A DNA stretch of 64,000 nucleotides from Penicillus capitatus (taxonomy: Eukaryota > Plantae > Chlorophyta), in NCBI GenBank assembly GCA_965649825.1, contig OZ287705.1, positions 954,314 to 1,018,313 of the forward strand, written 5' to 3'. The notes under the pieces are model-generated. The model was not told where the DNA came from. It saw nothing but the letters and a program-made list of their open reading frames with translations, and searched no databases. This document shows positions 58,101 to 64,000 of the stretch, piece by piece. The first letter of the stretch is position 1. Each line of letters starts with the position of its first letter. The position numbers and the translations under genes were made by a program.

Positions 58101-61100
58101 GACATCCTGACCCGATAGCATCACCATCCATCACCTCCATATCCCACACTCTCATTAAGAATTCCTAAAGGCAACCAAGAGTGCTCGTGCATGTGCTGTC
58201 GCTGTGCCGAGACAAACATGGTGTGAATGTGACCGACGGAAGAGAGTGAAGACTTGAGCGAGTCCAGCGACATGCTCCACCCAATCGGACACTGTCCACG
58301 AATTCCTGGCTTCGTTGGATGTCAAGAGATTCAGGAATCGTTGACAGATGCCATGGAAGATTCTTTCAAAGGCATCTCGCTTCCATCCATTGGCCATACC
58401 GCTCTGTACAGGGGCGCTCTTCAGCACGGCTTCTTTCTTGACGCGTGGCAATATCTCTGGCTCCGCCTTGCACAACATGGATTCAATGCGCTCTTGTACA
58501 TAACGATATGCCGTGCTCAGTGTCCCATACATCTGCTGTACATCCTGTTGGGGCAGGCACAGGGTCATTTGATCTTCAGCGGTGTGTGTGGTGAGGGACA
58601 GAGCGTGCTCAAATGCGACCATCCATTTGAAATGATGACTGCTGCGGAGGTACTCGACAGAGAAGAGCACTCTCACAATACCGACGTACTTATACATCGC
58701 GTCCAGCATCGCCATGAACTGAATCTCTCTTGCCTGATCCACCAAGGCACGTTGTTGATCGACGGCAAGACATTCATCGATGATCTCTTTTGGCAGTAGG
58801 GTTGCTGGGGAATGCTCGCCAAACAGATGGCCCAGAATCGAATCCCGAGCAGTGGGTGTCACGAAATCCATTCGGTATGGAGCACAGGCCGAATTCCATT
58901 GATCCTTTGAAAGAAGAAGCAACTCGTCGGACTGGTAGAATAGAACCAAGAGCAGATGGCCATGACGATAGCACCAGTTTTGAGTGAGTTTCAGAATCTG
59001 TTCCAGTGTCTCGTGCGCTTCGAAAAGGGACTGGCGATGCTCGTGGCTCAGGATCTCCTGTTTCTGGATCTCTGATCGGCACACGTCCTCTGCAGATATC
59101 TCAACTTCCAACAGGTTTCCAATTTCGGATTCCTTTTGCTGCAGGCAGTGTTGTTCATTCAACAATCGCCGGCAGGCGGCAACGGCACAGAGAAACTGAT
59201 GTGACGTGTCCTTGATGTTGTGCAGTGCGGCGATGTAGTCTTCGATGACTTCTGCCTCGAGGCGATGCAGCAGGAGCCGGAGTTGCAGAGAGAGCTCCAA
59301 ATTCTGATGGAAGGCACGTCTGCTGCGTTCGGATGTCCAATCCATGACTGGATCTTTGAGCATGGCTTCCAGAAAGACCATGAGGATTCGCTCATGCTGG
59401 CGTAGAATCTTCAGTCCTTCAGAAAAGACACTTCGAAACACGCCTTGCAATCCACCACACCCCATGGCCACCTAAATCACACTTCTCACACATCTGTCCC
59501 ATCATCACCGCAGCAATGACCACCTCAATTGCACGGGTCATTCTGAAAGGAACAATTTCGGGTACTCTGAGCTTCTCCCCACTGCCAAAGCAGAGGTTGA
59601 AGTCGATGTTGACCACTTCAGCCGTGTTCATGTCGAACAACATGTTATCCAAATGACGATCTCCGATGCCCAGGAGATAGCACAGCATGTTGCCCAGAGC
59701 AACAGACTCGGCAAATCGCTGCGTCTTCTTCCACTGTACAGCAGGACTGGCTGAAATGCCACGAATCTCATTGAACAAGAAATCAGGAGACGCCTCAGAT
59801 TGCAGCTTCTCAAACACCTAAACACATTCCTGCAGCAGCACGCCATCGTCCATCTCTCACACCTTTTCCAGAATCTCAGGGGCAATGGAGGTCCTGGATG
59901 CTGTTCGTGGGAGATTTGCTTCGCGGAGAGTCGTATTCAGAGCTTTCTGAAAAGCGTCTTTCGGATGATGCGTGACAAGCATAGAGATCGGTTTCGCTTC
60001 GGACAGTGATGCATTCATCTCCTTCAGTTTCTTCAGCTGACGGTGTTGCCACTGACGAAACAATGCGTAGAAAGAGACCGTCTTATCGACCCATTCGATC
60101 AGACCGATATGGTTGCCCAGTGGTGTCACACTGTAGACACGGGGTTCCTGAAAACGGTGGGCCACCATGAGTGTGTTCATCACACGAATGAACTGCAACA
60201 GGCGTTGATCAATGTGCAGATCTTCTTTACCCTTCAGCAGAAAGCAATAGGATTTTCCATTCGAACCGATCAGGGAGAGTTTCTTCGGACGTGTCTTCGT
60301 CGAGAGAATTTCAATCTTCTGTCCAAAACGCGCGACTGTCACACTTTTGTCGTCCACACCTGATCCATAGGTCACACATAATTGCTGGGAGTAGAGGGAT
60401 GTCACCAGGCATAGGGATCTGCGTGTCTTTGAGGCTTGCGAGTCTGGGGGAGATCTGATCGAAAGGCGGCAGCGGTAGTTTCACTTCCTCCGCCGCTTCC
60501 TTCAACAGCGTCTTCAATTGAGCCCATTTCTTCTGAATCTCTCGCGGATCGAAGTCCTCCAGTGGCGCTTCTAGAGATGCGATGACTGCTTCGCATCTGG
60601 TTTGATGCTTTGCCCAGTAATGCCGTTCGAATGGCGTTTCGCAGCACTGTGACTGTTTCTCACGGAAGCCCCTTCTGAGTGACTCTGCCAACGGTTGCAT
60701 CACGAGTGCGTAGCTGGTCTTCAGGATGTCCGGCCATTCGGATGTTTCCGTCTGAGAACGGATCCGTTTTATCTCTTCATTGAGGACAGCCAGACGCACT
60801 TGGCTCTCAAGCTGTGCATCCGATATGAAAGCGAGCCATTCCTCCGAGAGCAATGCATGAACGCGCTGCAGTTCTTCCATAAAGAGCGAGACATCGTGGA
60901 GCAGCTGTGGATTCTGCTGTCGGAAGCTATCCATCAGTTCCTCAATTTCTTCCAGAATGGCATCGTCTCCAGCCTTCTCTTTGTTCCATTCGTCCATGAG
61001 GGCATACAGGATACGAGAGGGCGCTACGGCAGTAATGTCTTTAAGTATGCGCACCAGACATCGACGGACGTTTCGGTTTGTGTGATTCAGAATAGAGAAG

Positions 61101-64000
61101 AGCTGACTGGAGAGCTGCTTCCAGATGTGTGGCGAGATGGTGCAGATGTCTTCCATCAGATCTTCATCCAGAAAGACGGATCCATGATTCTTCAGAAGAT
61201 CAAAAAGCTCAATGAGGATCTCCACATCCACTTCTGTCACATCACAGAGATGCAGACATTTGGCCATCGCTTTGGCAGCGTTTTGCAGAAGGGAAATCTG
61301 ATCGATGACATTGTCTCTGTTCGACAAAAGCATCTGACTAAATTGCTTCCAGGCCCAAAAGTGCTTCGGACAGCGTTCCAGTGCATGGGCCATGCAATAG
61401 GCTTGAATCTGGGAAACGGAACCCAGAGTGCTGGGTCTTCTCACGGGAGATCTGTGACCTTCGGTCAGCTGCTGATAGTACTGGCTTTGAAAGATGTGCG
61501 TCACATCAGGAACGTGAACAGAGGCCAGAGCTTCATCAAGAAGGGGTCTATCTACATAACGATTTAGGATTTGTGCAAAGCGTCCTAGCCAAAGGGAGAG
61601 GAATTCAGATGTTGATGGATCAACATCAGGTTCTGCCGTTTCTGCTGCTTTCACATGTCGAATAAGCACATTCCAGAAATGCACGAGCATCAGATGCGCT
61701 TGTTTATCATTGGTGCCGTCCATAAGTGCCAATTTGCATTTGACAGCAGCAAAGGCAAACTGCAGACGGAGGTCCTCGTTGCCAATGTCTTCTTGAATGG
61801 ATTTGATCAGACGTGCAGCGTGGTCAGCGTTGTCACGTTCAGTGGCAATGTGGGCCAAGATCAAAGCAATGGCACATCTTGCTTCTGTACTGCCCATTGC
61901 AGACGCCAATCGATGGATATTCATCAGCCATGCAACATCCAGACCACGGCTGCTCAACAATTTGCCACGCCCCATTCTTTCCACCTCTTTGGGAAAGAGG
62001 TACATCAGCACGAAATCAGGGGTGTGCATTTGGGCGACAAAGCACAGCGGTTCCAGGAGAGAAGTGGCATCATCTGTCAGCATCGCATGCATCGCCCTGA
62101 GGATCTCCGCCTGCTGATCACATGCATTATTCATCAGCAGATGACGTCGTTGCAGTATACTATTCCAGATAGTATCGGACATCTTGTCCTCCTCCACATG
62201 TACACCGTGTTGCTTGAGACAGCGGTGGACGGTCAGGACAGAATGGGCCGTTGAGAGATTCTGCATATCTGTATCGAACGTCTGCGATTGCCACGTCACC
62301 AATCGCTCGACGACACTGTCAAGGCTTCCACGATCCACAAGCATTTCAAGCTCCATGCATTCCGCATCGACCATGATGACGTCTGTCATCTCAGGGAGTT
62401 CTTTTGCCTTGGCAAGTGCCTCCCAGTCCGCCACTCGACGATGGCACACACAGAGACGTTTGAGCAGAAAGAGCTGGAGAAGACGGATTCCGGGGAGAAG
62501 AGATGACTGGATCTCTGTCGAGACGCCCTCTGTCAATTCCTCGTAGACATGTCGCACGAGACTGTACTGTTGCTGGTAGTGTTCTTGAGCATGTTCGAAT
62601 TTTCCTTTCGCTTCCAAAGACATCCCTTCCATCCACAGCAGCAGTCCTCTCCCATCCATCTCTGCAAGGCACTGCATCCAGTCATCTGCAAAGGGCTTTA
62701 GCTCTCGTTGCAATCCCAGAATGGATGCAGGGGAGGAGAGATGGATCAGTGCCAGACATGTCATCTGGATCCCCTCTATAAACTGTTGGAAGAAATGCGT
62801 GAGCTCGTCGATGAACTCTTTCGATGGTTCTTGCCGAACTTTGAGGACGGTCTGCTTAGGCACCGTGCATTGCTGCAGTTCGGAGAGATACGATTTCGTC
62901 TTCTGGCATTGCTGCTGAAGGAATACGGTGCCCAATTGTGCCGCAAGGTGATGGAAACCACATTTCTGACTGACAAAGAGCTGCTTAAAGATCAGTCGAC
63001 TGAAGCCCTTTTCAAAAACGGCTTTGTTGGCAGAATAGTAGGCCCATGTCGATTGCGGAGGAGATCGAGTGAAATGCGCTCCATCGTAGCCACAGAACGT
63101 CTGTTGCTGAAGTCCCGAGACAAATTCCAACAGCAGCCAGACATGAAAGAGATCGACAGGCTTTCGATCCTGAATATGCTGCTTGAGATCAGATAGACAC
63201 TCTTCTGCAATCTTCAGCAGTTTCGACGGTCCGGATTCGATGGAGCGAAATCGACTGGCCACGATAAACTTCGCCGCTTCGTGCACCAGCAGATGCGATT
63301 TCTCAGCCAGTGTTGACACTTCGTCCATTTTCAGAATGGATGTTTTGGTTTCGTCTGCGAGACTGGGAGACAGTCCTTGGCCAAAAGACTCGATCCAGTC
63401 CGTGGAAGTGATCTCCAATTTGCTGGGCATTGTCCCGGACATCATTTTTTTCAAGAGGGATGCAAGTTGGGAGGATTTAAAGGTGTAGATCTGGGGTTGG
63501 AGAACGACCGTCAGAAGACGATGTGCGTTTTGACGGGAGAGATTCTGAAGATCGAGCAAGCTGAAATACCCACAGCCTTTCAGGACCTCCAACGTCTTTT
63601 CAAAGAGCTCTGTGTTATGACTCGAGGCAAAACGATAGACATGGTACAACAGATTCTCCGCCGTTGTGAAATGCAGCCGTTTCTCAATAACGACCTGCAG
63701 CACCGACAAGAGAGCCTTCTTCTGCATCACTGTTGTCGAGCTTCGAATCTTTTCCACCAAAAGGTTTTCCAGCTCGATTGGCAGATCTCTATGCGAAGCC
63801 ATGCTCCGCAGCACTTCGGAGAGCCACTCAAGGAGGAGAAGCAGAAGTTTTGGCTGCTCTCGTGATGCCGGATTTCTCAATGCAGCCATCAGGGCGTCCA
63901 GAACAGGCAAGGGTGTGGATGAGACTTTCCACGCTTTCCTTATCAACCTGACAGAATGCAGGAGGACTAACGGATGTAACTCCCTCGGACCTCGATGCAG
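55126..64000 (-). CDS. SMG1: PIKK-family nonsense-mediated-decay kinase SMG1 (5' end beyond the window)
   Basis: KTRPKKL..GSNG...FLLKGKEDLHIDQRLLQF, YLLGIGDRHLDN, IDFNLCFGSGEKLRVPEIVPFRMT and FATC terminus NLCRMYEGWMPWI. Confidence 0.93.

Noticed and set aside
60695-63865. Long plus-strand ORFs (290, 199, 162 aa) opposite SMG1, and similar ones opposite the WD40 exon (31171-32244) and ABCG
   Set aside because: Antisense shadows of strongly supported genes, with no recognisable domains.

Overview
Gene-dense eukaryotic nuclear DNA, most likely from a green alga. This is an inference from plant-type genes (type II metacaspase, HIL1-like C2-lipases, an ABCG24/28-like transporter, a class IV aminotransferase), introns of about 45-60 nt and TGTAA motifs downstream of several genes. 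The standard genetic code applies. I can support about 20 protein-coding genes, mostly housekeeping: PIMT, N6AMT1, HDHD5-like, SET, CWC25, EDC4, ATG7, YJU2 and SMG1. The standout is a young, intact-looking Ty3/Gypsy LTR retrotransposon at 3628-10073 with identical 156-bp LTRs and a 4-bp ACGT target-site duplication (TSD). Its Gag-protease ORF carries about 590 extra N-terminal residues: a signal peptide, a Torsin/LAP1-like degenerate AAA+ domain, an acidic linker and a Trp-rich membrane segment. Its pol is reached by a -1 slippery site and begins with a dUTPase-like domain lacking catalytic motifs. The element has no leader or trailer: the start ATG spans the LTR/PBS junction and the pol stop lies in the 3' LTR. 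It sits exactly on a splice donor of a lipase gene, and a related solo LTR lies 1.4 kb away. Other notable items are a SAWADEE-like gene hidden in micro-exons, a WD40-TRP channel, and a YJU2 stop codon overlapping the next gene's start. All family assignments come from motif recognition by eye and from remembered sequences; no searches were run. Boundaries of spliced genes are approximate.
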